From Candidatus Berkelbacteria bacterium (lineage in GTDB: Bacteria; Patescibacteriota; UBA1384; XYA2-FULL-43-10; 1-14-0-10-43-13), in NCBI GenBank assembly GCA_037143235.1, contig JBAWZC010000004.1, positions 1,776-65,775 of the forward strand: a stretch of DNA of 64,000 nt, written 5' to 3'. Position 1 is the stretch's first letter. Each line of letters starts with the position of its first letter. The notes under the pieces are model-generated. The model did not search any database. It saw only the letters and a list, made by a program, of their open reading frames with translations, and was not told the DNA's origin. The position numbers and the translations under genes are program-made. Positions 40,490 to 49,418 of the stretch are shown here, piece after piece.

Positions 40490-41179
40490 TTGATGAAACT
40501 TGTATTTAAATACGATCTCGAGAAAGAGTTTTATAATCTTCGCTGTATCAGGGGCACACTTAATCATGTTTGGAAACCTGTGCGAGGAATAGAACTAGAA
40601 TTGACCGAAGCATGCCCCGATCTGGATGACAAAAAAGCGGTATTAGCCTTCTTTGATCAAAAGAGAAAAAAAGCTGATTTTGATATAGATGAAAAGATTA
40701 AATCTTTGACCTCTGACTGGGAAGAAATTTCGCAAGAGTCGGAGAAAAGATTTAAAAGATTATTTGATACTGACATCGATCTTGGCGATGTCACAGCATA
40801 CGCTACTTTTGCATCGATGTTTGGGTACAATGAGGAAGAAAGTCTTTTCTTTGTCTCGCTGACAAGTAACAATTCAAACAATATTATCATCCACGAATTG
40901 ATGCATTTCTATACCCATATTCTGTACGAAGAAAAGTTTAAAAAAGCTGGGCTCTCCTGTCAACGATTCAATGATTTCAAAGAAGCTTTAACTTTTTTGG
41001 TGAATACAGATTTTCATGATTTGGTGCCAAACGTAGATAATGGCTACGAAAAACAAAGAGAGTTGAGAAAGATTATGGCTGACAAGTGGTCTGATTGTCG
41101 CAATGTCGGTGACCTTGCTGACACCATGATTAAATCATTTGCGGAAAGTAACAAATTGGCCATTGAAAAAACTGTCTAG
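40490..41179 (+). CDS. Hypothetical protein with HExxH motif
   Basis: IIHELMHF and downstream KEALT. Confidence 0.65.
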   Translation: MMKLVFKYDLEKEFYNLRCIRGTLNHVWKPVRGIELELTEACPDLDDKKAVLAFFDQKRKKADFDIDEKIKSLTSDWEEISQESEKRFKRLFDTDIDLGDVTAYATFASMFGYNEEESLFFVSLTSNNSNNIIIHELMHFYTHILYEEKFKKAGLSCQRFNDFKEALTFLVNTDFHDLVPNVDNGYEKQRELRKIMADKWSDCRNVGDLADTMIKSFAESNKLAIEKTV

Positions 41180-41203
41180 ATAGAGTAGTATCTATAGAGT
41201 AGT

Positions 41204-41279
41204 CGGGGATTGGCTCAGCTGGTAGAGCGCTCGGTTTGGGACCGAGAGGTCGTGAGTTCGAATCTCGCATCCCCGACCA
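41204..41279 (+). tRNA. tRNA-Pro(TGG)
   Basis: CGGGGAT...TT TGG GA...ATCCCCG ACCA. Confidence 0.95.
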
Positions 41280-41317
41280 CGCTAAGCGTGGTAAAACGGA
41301 CGCTCAGCGTCCGACCA
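41276..41317 (+). repeat. 42-nt NCCA twin-hairpin module fused to the tRNA-Pro 3' end
   Basis: ACCA CGC TAA GCG TGGT AAAA CGGACGC TCA GCGTCCG ACCA; both stems perfect. Confidence 0.9.
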
Positions 41318-41351
41318 TTTCGCATTTTCACCATATATAAGCCGAGGGGCT

Positions 41352-42452
41352 ATGAAAAAGAATATTTTCTTACTCATCTTTTGGTTCCTTCTGATAAATC
41401 TTTTTGCCCTACTTGTTCTTAATCGGTTCAATCTTAAACCTGATGATGCCTATCCTTGGATCAATCAGAGTACTACTGTTCAGCAACAATCTTGGGATCC
41501 AATCTCTCTTCACGCAAGATGGGACTCAGTTTATTATCTAGATATTGCGCAGCATGGCTACTCTGTTTCGCAAACGAGTTCTCTGTCAAATGTTGTATTT
41601 TTTCCTTTGTACCCAATTTTAATAAAGTTGATCGCTGTTTTCACTAGTTCTGATTTTATCCTTGCAGGCTGGATCGTGAGTATTTTGTCTTTGATCGGGG
41701 CTGTGTTTTATTTGTACAAATTGATAAAGGAATTTCACCCCGAGGTCCACCCAGAGAGTGCAATATTCTTTCTCTTGATATTTCCTACAGCGTTTTTCTA
41801 TAATGCTGTTTACACTGAAGCTCTCTTTTTGCTAGTTTCGATAGTGACCTTTTATTATGCCAAGAAGGGTAATTTTGCTCTCGCTGGTGTGATTGGGTTA
41901 CTTGCGTCTCTGACGAGAATTACCGGAGTCCTACTGTTCATTCCGATTTTATGGGAATTTATCGCCAAGAATGGTGCAAAGAAGTTATTTAGCTGGTCTG
42001 TTATACCCATCCTCTTGATACCACTTGGGACGATTGCCTTTTTCGCCTATCATTATCTTGCTTTCGGTGATTTTCTGTTGTTCCTGAAAGTTGAAGGTGC
42101 TTGGGGAAGATCTTTTGGTGTAAATCTTACGCATTTATCAATGCTTTCCAACCCTGCAACCGTCAATCTAGTACTCGATCTGATGTTTACGGTCTTTGCA
42201 GTTATTTGTACGATTTTTGTATTTTCGCGACGATGGATATCATACGGTTTGTATATGGTCGCAACACTTGCCGTGGCGTTGAGCACGGGGACGATGATGT
42301 CAATCGGCCGATATGTTTTAGTGCTCTTTCCGATATTTATCCTTATCGCTTCAGTTAAAAACAAAAATTTTGAAAAGGGCTATATTCTCAGCTCGGTCTT
42401 ATTATTGGCAATGAATATAATTCTTTTCGTCAACTGGTACTGGGCCGGATAA
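41352..42452 (+). CDS. PIG-V-like GT-C mannosyltransferase
   Basis: RWDSVYYL.IA..GY, FFPLYP, YTEALF, R..G, RY. Confidence 0.85.
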   Translation: MKKNIFLLIFWFLLINLFALLVLNRFNLKPDDAYPWINQSTTVQQQSWDPISLHARWDSVYYLDIAQHGYSVSQTSSLSNVVFFPLYPILIKLIAVFTSSDFILAGWIVSILSLIGAVFYLYKLIKEFHPEVHPESAIFFLLIFPTAFFYNAVYTEALFLLVSIVTFYYAKKGNFALAGVIGLLASLTRITGVLLFIPILWEFIAKNGAKKLFSWSVIPILLIPLGTIAFFAYHYLAFGDFLLFLKVEGAWGRSFGVNLTHLSMLSNPATVNLVLDLMFTVFAVICTIFVFSRRWISYGLYMVATLAVALSTGTMMSIGRYVLVLFPIFILIASVKNKNFEKGYILSSVLLLAMNIILFVNWYWAG

Positions 42453-42517
42453 ATTAACAACCGTTATCTATACAAAAATTGTCGTGAATTTCTTCGCGAC
42501 AATTTTTTTAAAACTAT

Positions 42518-44338
42518 TTATTTCTGACTTCGTTTTCGCAAGCCTGGGTCAAGAATTTTCTTGCGTAAACGAAGTGATTTTGGTGTTACTTCGAGCAGCT
42601 CATCTTCTTCGAGGAAGTCGATACATTGTTCGAGCGAGAGCAATGTTGGTGGTGTTAGGACAGTAATTGCATCTGCACTAGAGGCACGCATATTGGTTAG
42701 CTGTTTCTCCTTGCAGACATTGATCTCGATGTCATCTTCTCGTTGGTTCAAGCCGACGATCATACCAACATAAACATCAGTTTGTGGGGCGACAAAAGTC
42801 GTGCCACGCTGTTGGGCAATATTGAGACCATAGGAAACGGCTTTGCCGTTCGAGAATGCAATCAGCACGCCATTTCTGAGTTTCGGGATGGTGCCGCCAG
42901 CCTTTTCGTATCGCAAAAACATAGTATTCATCACAGCCGTACCTTTTGAAGCGGTCATCAAGACATTGCGGAAACCCAGAGTGCCACGAGTCGTGATCTC
43001 GAAAACCAGTCGAGTCGTCCCGTCGCTATTTTCTTCTTGGTGCATCAGGATGCCGCGTCGTTTGTTCAACTCGCCAATAATCGTGCTGGCGTATTCGGTG
43101 CCAACATCGATGGTAACTTCTTCGATTGGCTCGCAGGTGACTCCATCAACTTCTTTGGTAATAACCTTTGGTTTACCAACCTGAAGTTCATAACCCTCTC
43201 GTCGTAGTGTTTCGATAAAGACTGAAAGATGAAGCTCCCCTCGTCCCGAGAGGATAAATTCACCATTTTCGTCGGTGGTGATTTTCATCGAGACATTTGT
43301 TTCAATTTCCTTCATGATACGGTCATGCAGATGTCTAGCAGTCACATATTTGCCTTCACGACCAGCAAAAGGGGAAGTATTGGCATAGATAGAGATGCTG
43401 AGGGTAGGTTCTTCGATTGCGATTGCTGGTAGAGCGACAGCATCTTTGGGATCACAGATCGTGTAGCCGATCGAAGCGCTTCTCAAGCCTGCAATCGAGA
43501 CAATGTCTCCTGAGTGAGCTTCTTTGACCTCAATCTTTTTCAAGCCTTCGTTGATATAGATTTTTTCGATCTTGCCAGTGTCGACTGTACCGTCCTGATT
43601 GGCCAAAACGATTGGCATACCAGTTGTGGCGATACCGCTTTTGATCTTGCCAATAGAATATTTGCCCATAAAGTTGTCCCAGCCGAGAGCGGAGATCAGC
43701 ATTTTGAAGGGTTTGTCATTTTCTTGGATAGGCGCTGGTACATGTTTGACGATTGCGTCGAGGATAGGAGAAAGATCAGCTGGCGCAGTTTCATCATCAG
43801 GAAAAGCATCCCAAGCTTTGCCGTCACGGCCAATGGCGTAGTAGATAGGGAATTCAAGTTGACTGTCGTTTTGAGCTAATTCCAAGAAAAGATCGTATGT
43901 TTTGTCGATAGTTTTTGGGATGTCGGCGTTGACCTTGTCAATCTTGTTGATGACTACAATCAATTTCAGTCCCAGTCCGAAAGCTTTTTTCAGAACAAAT
44001 TTTGTCTGAGGCATTGGACCTTCTTGAGCGTCAATCAAAAGGATTGCTCCGTCAGCCATTGAAAGTGTGCGCTCGACTTCACCACCAAAATCAGCATGAC
44101 CAGGTGTATCGATAATATTGATCTTGATGCCTTTGTAATTGATCGCTGTGTTTTTGGCCAAGATAGTGATACCGCGCTCTTTTTCTTGATCGTTTGAGTC
44201 CATGATCAAGTCTTGGCTCATTGCTGCTTCGTTTTCACGAAAAGTTTTGGACTGTTTCAAGAGTCCATCAACTAATGTTGTTTTGCCGTGGTCAACGTGA
44301 GCGATGATCGCAACATTTCGAATTTCTGAGTGTTCCAT
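42518..44338 (-). CDS. typA: Translational GTPase TypA/BipA
   Basis: AHVDHGKTT, ERGITI, DTPGHADF, GRGELHL, KQLTNMRA. Confidence 0.97.
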   Translation of the reverse strand: MEHSEIRNVAIIAHVDHGKTTLVDGLLKQSKTFRENEAAMSQDLIMDSNDQEKERGITILAKNTAINYKGIKINIIDTPGHADFGGEVERTLSMADGAILLIDAQEGPMPQTKFVLKKAFGLGLKLIVVINKIDKVNADIPKTIDKTYDLFLELAQNDSQLEFPIYYAIGRDGKAWDAFPDDETAPADLSPILDAIVKHVPAPIQENDKPFKMLISALGWDNFMGKYSIGKIKSGIATTGMPIVLANQDGTVDTGKIEKIYINEGLKKIEVKEAHSGDIVSIAGLRSASIGYTICDPKDAVALPAIAIEEPTLSISIYANTSPFAGREGKYVTARHLHDRIMKEIETNVSMKITTDENGEFILSGRGELHLSVFIETLRREGYELQVGKPKVITKEVDGVTCEPIEEVTIDVGTEYASTIIGELNKRRGILMHQEENSDGTTRLVFEITTRGTLGFRNVLMTASKGTAVMNTMFLRYEKAGGTIPKLRNGVLIAFSNGKAVSYGLNIAQQRGTTFVAPQTDVYVGMIVGLNQREDDIEINVCKEKQLTNMRASSADAITVLTPPTLLSLEQCIDFLEEDELLEVTPKSLRLRKKILDPGLRKRSQK

Positions 44339-44512
44339 ATAAAACTCCGATGAATAATAAAGTCATCCCCCAGTGAGACCAAAAGATGAAATTGCCCTAT
44401 TATACTATCACAAACTAGCATCATCGTCAAATCTAAAATATAATTTTTCTGAGTTTTTTGATAAAATATTTATGGAGAATATCTCCAAATTTCGTGCGCA
44501 GGAGGTGATAAA

Positions 44513-46255
44513 ATGCGCAAAGTAATGTTCTCTTTCTTTGGTTTTGCAGCAATTATGCTGCTCGTCAGTTGTAGCGGCGGTGGCGGAGGCGGGAGCCAAG
44601 ATCCCACAGATCCGCCCATCGTCCCGCCGACCCCACCGGTCAACTCGGCCGTGACCACTATCAGTCCGGGAGGGACTGGATCAGTATCCAAGGATGGTTT
44701 GACAGTTCAGGTCGGGAGCGAATGCTTCCCGTCAGGTGCAAAGGTGACTTTGGGAGTAGAAAATCCGAAGCAATTGCCTCCAGTCGATGAATTCATTGCT
44801 CTCGAAGGTAAGGCCCAGGTCACGATTCAGGCCACAGCCACGCCGCAGGGTGAGATGGTGCTCGTTCTGGCGGCCAATCGTGGTGTTGGTGAGACAATTG
44901 TGGCTGGTCTCGTTGGCGGCCTCTGGAAGTGTTTATCACTTCCGTCCAGAGTTACTGATCTGCCAGGGACCGTCAGACTCAATCGTGAGTCTTTTGGTCT
45001 CGCGAAGACAATTGTAGGGGTCGTTGGCAGAATTGCCACCGGCTCAGTCAGTCCTGATACTGCACTCTTGCAGTACGGGGCAGACAAGCCCGACAGCTTG
45101 CCAAGAGTAGCCGTGCTGGTACACGGGTTTAATTCTGACGCCGGCGCTATGACTTTGCTGGCTGATAAATTGATCTCAGCCAGTCTCTATGGCCGGATCT
45201 ATGTTTACTCCTACGATTGGCGGCGTCGGATCGAGGACACCGGTGCTGATTTCGCCAATAGACTGACAACATTGTCTGGGCAGGGCGTCAAGATCGATGT
45301 CCTCGCCCACTCCATGGGCGTCCTCGTGTCGAGATACGCCTTCGAGAAGTGTGACGCAACCTTTGGTATCGATCAGTTCATTGGCATTTGTGGGCCAAAC
45401 AACGGTTCGTACCTTGCTAGAGCAGATCTCGTGGTCAACGAGCTGCGAAACGACTTCTTGAACTTGCCCGACTCGGCAAGACGGCAGGGGACATTTGCAA
45501 CCTTGGGTATCGCCTCCATCGAGGAGATGATGCCAGGGTCAGCGTTACTCGCTAACTTGAACGCTGTCGACACCACGAAGCCACGCGGCAGCATAAACTA
45601 CTCATTGATCGGGAGCCGATCCGATCTGGTTGTCGGTTATGCTAGTGGCATTGGATCAGGGATAGAGATGACGGCCAAGACAGGCGGCAGCTTCACTTCT
45701 GCCGAGTCCAACCGCGGTCATAATTCTCTGCTATCCGACTCGTCGACTGCACAATGGGTGACCGATTTCGTTGAGGGGTCGACGATGCCACCGGAGGTGA
45801 CATTGACCGGCTTCGACGGCTATTCCAATACTGATCTGGAAGGGGATGATTGGGGCTGGGTCTTCGACTTGGAATTGATAAACAATTCCCAGGCGGAGAT
45901 TAGCCTCACCGACATTTCAGTCGATGAATACGATCGATATGGCGTGTGGCAGCGAAATCTCTGGGTGAATGATGGCAGCTTACGACAAAGGGCGTACTTC
46001 GCCTTTAATCGTCGCATAGCCGCTGGCCAGTGCTGGAGGAATTACGGCTTGATAGTCATCCACGCTCAGGACGACAACATGTGGATTGAGCAGTCTGAAC
46101 CGAAAAATCAGGCCAAAACCTTGGTTGTGCGGGTCCGATGCTACGATCCAGTGGTCAAGCGGTCGTGGTGTATTGCTCGGCAGTATCGCCTGAACTGGGA
46201 GGGAATAACGCCGACCACCCCTGTGGTTCGGTCATCGAGATCAAGATCTGACTAA
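44513..46255 (+). CDS. Lipoprotein with alpha/beta-hydrolase (lipase-like) domain
   Basis: LLVSC lipobox, Gly/Pro linker, LVHGF, AHSMG, DLVV, GH. Confidence 0.8.
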   Translation: MRKVMFSFFGFAAIMLLVSCSGGGGGGSQDPTDPPIVPPTPPVNSAVTTISPGGTGSVSKDGLTVQVGSECFPSGAKVTLGVENPKQLPPVDEFIALEGKAQVTIQATATPQGEMVLVLAANRGVGETIVAGLVGGLWKCLSLPSRVTDLPGTVRLNRESFGLAKTIVGVVGRIATGSVSPDTALLQYGADKPDSLPRVAVLVHGFNSDAGAMTLLADKLISASLYGRIYVYSYDWRRRIEDTGADFANRLTTLSGQGVKIDVLAHSMGVLVSRYAFEKCDATFGIDQFIGICGPNNGSYLARADLVVNELRNDFLNLPDSARRQGTFATLGIASIEEMMPGSALLANLNAVDTTKPRGSINYSLIGSRSDLVVGYASGIGSGIEMTAKTGGSFTSAESNRGHNSLLSDSSTAQWVTDFVEGSTMPPEVTLTGFDGYSNTDLEGDDWGWVFDLELINNSQAEISLTDISVDEYDRYGVWQRNLWVNDGSLRQRAYFAFNRRIAAGQCWRNYGLIVIHAQDDNMWIEQSEPKNQAKTLVVRVRCYDPVVKRSWCIARQYRLNWEGITPTTPVVRSSRSRSD

Positions 46256-46343
46256 TCTCGATCTCGCAACATAATGCTCGCCCCTATGGATGGGAGCGAG
46301 CATTTAAAATTTATTCAAAAAAAGAGAACAGACCACTTGCTTG

Positions 46344-46799
46344 TTACAATTCTTTCTTCCAAACTGGAAAATCTTCGTTGTCGACGAATCCGACTCTCTC
46401 GTAGCCAGAAAGGTTATCGTAAAACGCCCAGCCAGTCTCTCTGTATCTAGGGCCGCTCCAGATCAAGATTTCCTTGAAGTGTAGTCGTCGAGCTTCTGAT
46501 TCAATTGCTGCAACGAGGCTCTTTCCTGTTCCTTTTCTTTTTTCTGCTCTGGACACGAACGCACTGACAATTTCAATTGATTCGTTTGGATTGCTCGCGA
46601 ATTGTATAATTTTTTCGTCCAAGGGTTTGAATCCCATAATCCCAACTACACTTTCGTTTTCGATCGCAACAAAAAAATTCTGTGGTTTCTGAGATATTTC
46701 GTCCACTCTTTCGTCGATTTCAATGTCGTCACTTATCCAGTCTGTGAGTAACTGCCGAACTGAGGACAAGTCAGATTGTTCGATATTCCTTGTGTTCAT
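46344..46799 (-). CDS. GNAT family acetyltransferase
   Basis: FV....KRKGTGKSL, FY...GY. Confidence 0.8.
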   Translation of the reverse strand: MNTRNIEQSDLSSVRQLLTDWISDDIEIDERVDEISQKPQNFFVAIENESVVGIMGFKPLDEKIIQFASNPNESIEIVSAFVSRAEKRKGTGKSLVAAIESEARRLHFKEILIWSGPRYRETGWAFYDNLSGYERVGFVDNEDFPVWKKEL

Positions 46800-46801
46800 A
46801 A

Positions 46802-47416
46802 TTATCGGGAAATAAAATATTTAATGTTTTGGTAAAGTATATTCAGAGCGAAATAGGCAAATGCTAACGAAAATATTTTAAACATCACGGAGATAGTTTT
46901 GGGATTTGAAAGAATGGTTCGAAATCTTGAAAATACAAATGCAACACCAATGGTTGATATTAACCAGCCAGCCTCGACTAGACCAAGAAATAAATACTGT
47001 CCAGCAAAAATAAATTGACCGAGAAGTATCGCTTTTGGTACACAGACAGTGATCCAAAAAATCCACAGCACGCCATTGGCCAAAATCATGGCTGAAATAG
47101 TCGAAAGCTTGAAATGAACTTTTTCTCCGGTATCTATTTTATCGATTTTCCAGATATCAAAAGCGATCTTGGTCAAGACAGCCGCGCCAACAAACGAGAT
47201 TCCATAGAAAAAGGAAGTAGATAAGTGAAATATCGAGAGGGCGACCAGACTGATCAGTGCGATTACTGTTTCGGTCAACATTGCCCAAAAGATGATCCCG
47301 AAGCTTTTTGAAAAAGAAGATTGCAAAATCTCGGTGAAGATTGCGGCCAATACGGGACCCGGAATCAATCCACCGATCAGACCGAGGATTATTGCTGATA
47401 TTATTTGATTATCCAA
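46802..47416 (-). CDS. LysE-family transporter
   Basis: PGPV motif, N....FW, six TMs. Confidence 0.75.
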   Translation of the reverse strand: MDNQIISAIILGLIGGLIPGPVLAAIFTEILQSSFSKSFGIIFWAMLTETVIALISLVALSIFHLSTSFFYGISFVGAAVLTKIAFDIWKIDKIDTGEKVHFKLSTISAMILANGVLWIFWITVCVPKAILLGQFIFAGQYLFLGLVEAGWLISTIGVAFVFSRFRTILSNPKTISVMFKIFSLAFAYFALNILYQNIKYFISR

Positions 47417-47571
47417 TTTGATTTATATATGAATTACTAGAAGCTAATTATATCAAAGAAGAGATTAAAAATTAACTATCAAGAGTTTTCTTGTAGCGCA
47501 CTGTAAAAAGTAACTGTTTATTGTTAAAATAAACCCATAATAAATGGAAAATTATAGTCAGATGGGAGTTT

Positions 47572-47928
47572 ATGAAGGACTTGGCACCGAATATTAAAAG
47601 GCAAAGGCTCCTTATTGAAGGATTCTTTTCAATTGATGTTGATCAAAAAGCAATAGAACATTTTTTCAAACAAATATTGCTGGGTCTTGAGCTAAAAGCA
47701 TATGGCAAACCAATTATCTTCTCGCCCGGAGGAGAGGGCAAAGAAGCAAATCAGGGATATGACGCTTTCATCCCGTTAATTGATTCTGGTATCTCTCTCT
47801 ATATTTGGTCAGAACCAAAATTTGTCTCAATTATTATTTATACCTGCAAGAGTTTTGATCAGGCCAAAGCGCTTGAAATTACTCAGAGTTTTTTTGATAT
47901 ATCAGAAATTGAGTTTCAGTCGTTCTAG
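47572..47928 (+). CDS. Pyruvoyl-dependent (AdoMetDC/SpeD-like) decarboxylase homolog
   Basis: G..AFIPLIDSGISLYIW...FVSIIIYTCKSFD resembles the ESHISIHTW...D.FTC pattern. Confidence 0.65.
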   Translation: MKDLAPNIKRQRLLIEGFFSIDVDQKAIEHFFKQILLGLELKAYGKPIIFSPGGEGKEANQGYDAFIPLIDSGISLYIWSEPKFVSIIIYTCKSFDQAKALEITQSFFDISEIEFQSF

Positions 47929-47985
47929 TTATGTAATGCCTCGATAAACTAAAAAAACACTGTCAAAAACAGTGTATTTTTATTT

Positions 47986-48060
47986 TGGTAGCCTCAAGGA
48001 GAGTTGAACTCCTCTTCCCAGATTGAAAATCTGGTGTCCTAACCGATAGACGATGAGGCC
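47986..48060 (-). tRNA. tRNA-Glu(TTC)
   Basis: GGCCTCA...TT TTC AA...TGAGGCT ACCA; terminator at 47952-47980. Confidence 0.93.
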
Positions 48061-48111
48061 ATAGTCGCAGAGCGACAATAATCAATTACCTAACAAAATG
48101 GTTGACTTTCT

Positions 48112-48153
48112 TGGTGCGGCGCTGAGCGCCGCTTTCACCACGCTAAGCGTGGT
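48112..48153 (-). repeat. 42-nt NCCA twin-hairpin module on a duplicated tRNA-Lys 3' end
   Basis: Minus strand: ACCA CGC TTA GCG TGGT GAAA GCGGCGC TCA GCGCCGC ACCA. Confidence 0.9.
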
Positions 48154-48278
48154 GGACTGCCTGGGACATCTCACGCGCTCGACGGGCTCGCTTCTAGAAA
48201 CCGACGGTTTCTAGTATCTTCCTGCGACGGGAAACTCCCGTTTCCCGACCCCTTCCCGTTCTCGTCCCTGTCATTCCT
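48150..48278 (-). mobile_element. 111-nt structured insert ending in an 18-bp duplication of the tRNA-Lys 3' end
   Basis: 48150-48167 is identical to 48279-48296 (TGGTGGACTGCCTGGGAC); internal hairpin CTAGAAACCG-A-CGGTTTCTAG. Confidence 0.65.
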
Positions 48279-48353
48279 TGGTGGACTGCCTGGGACTCGA
48301 ACCCAGAACCAATGCCTTAAGAGGGCACTGCTCTACCATTGAGCTAGCAATCC
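48279..48353 (-). tRNA. tRNA-Lys(CTT)
   Basis: GGATTGC...CT CTT AA...GCAGTCC ACCA. Confidence 0.94.
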
Positions 48354-48395
48354 ATAAATTAACAAAAAAATTCATCCAGGTCAAACAAATTTGGT

Positions 48396-48471
48396 TGGTA
48401 CCCGCGAAAGGAATCGAACCTTTGACCAATTGCTTAGAAGGCAACTGCTCTATCCACTGAGCTACGCGGGC
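48396..48471 (-). tRNA. tRNA-Arg(TCT)
   Basis: GCCCGCG...CT TCT AA...CGCGGGT ACCA. Confidence 0.94.
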
Positions 48472-48575
48472 CTAAAGACAATTTAATCGATTAATCATTT
48501 AGTCAATTAATCAATTGCTCAATAAATGAAAAAATGGACAAATGACTAAATTATTAAATGTCGGCTCTGCCGATC

Positions 48576-48652
48576 TGGTACGCCCTGAGGGATTTGAACC
48601 CCCGACCTACTGATCCGAAGTCAGTCGCTCTATCCAGCTGAGCTAAGGGCGC
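48576..48652 (-). tRNA. tRNA-Arg(TCG)
   Basis: GCGCCCT...CT TCG GA...AGGGCGT ACCA. Confidence 0.94.
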
Positions 48653-48693
48653 ATATTTACAAGTGCTCAAAGACGACTCAAAACAGATTCAAA

Positions 48694-48769
48694 TGGGGCG
48701 GCCAACGGGAATTGAACCCGTGACTGCAGTGCCACAAACTACCGTGATAACCACTTCACTATGGCCGCC
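48694..48769 (-). tRNA. tRNA-His(GTG)
   Basis: G(-1) GCGGCCA...TT GTG GC...TGGCCGC CCCA. Confidence 0.94.
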
Positions 48770-48849
48770 ATAATATTAGTTATGAGATCTTAGTATTTAG
48801 AACTTAGAAAATTACCCAGTTCTAAGATCTAAATTCTCAGCTCTATTTT

Positions 48850-48924
48850 TGGAGCAGGTAGCGGGAGTCGAACCCGCGTCTCAACCTTGGAAGGGTCGCA
48901 TAATAGCCGTTATACGATACCTGC
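48850..48924 (-). tRNA. tRNA-Gly(TCC)
   Basis: GCAGGTA...CT TCC AA...TACCTGC TCCA. Confidence 0.93.
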
Positions 48925-48952
48925 AAAGCGTAATACTGCTACGGAGGATGGA

Positions 48953-49026
48953 GAAGGGTCGCACCTGCCTGTCGGTTTACCCGCCCATGGAGGGTAGGCA
49001 GGTAATAGCCACTATACGATACCCGC
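48953..49026 (-). pseudogene. Duplicated 5' half of tRNA-Gly interrupted by nested palindromes
   Basis: GAAGGGTCGCA + 39-nt insert + TAATAGCCACTATACGATACCCGC matches 48890-48924 with 3 mismatches. Confidence 0.8.
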
Positions 49027-49093
49027 GCAAATACTAAATAATACTAACATAATTCGTGGCTTTAGTAAACCACAAACGAAGCGGCTTGTTGTG

Positions 49094-49234
49094 ACTTCTC
49101 GACTCGTCGAACTCACTCGAAGAATAGCAAAGTGGCAGAGTGTTGCTATTTATGGTTCGAGCCCTGCCTACCGGCAGGCAGGTTGTCGAGAACGGCCTCA
49201 AACTTCTCGACTCGTCAAACTTGCTCGAAGAATA
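49094..49234. repeat. Composite repeat: two ~33-bp direct repeats plus palindromes
   Basis: ACTTCTCGACTCGTCRAACTYRCTCGAAGAATA occurs twice; CCTGCCTACCGGCAGGCAGG at 49163-49182. Confidence 0.75.
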
Positions 49235-49418
49235 AATGGTAATGGTTCTGCCATGTGGGGAACAATTGAGATAATAGATCGCTTTGTTGCAGACTCCTCT
49301 CAATAACAGGGAGAGTAGCAATAGGTGATTAGCCAAATCCATGATGTTCATTTCGTCATAAATGTGTTATACTCATCGAAGTGGCGAACTTTAACGCCTT
49401 TTTTATTTCCACAATATT

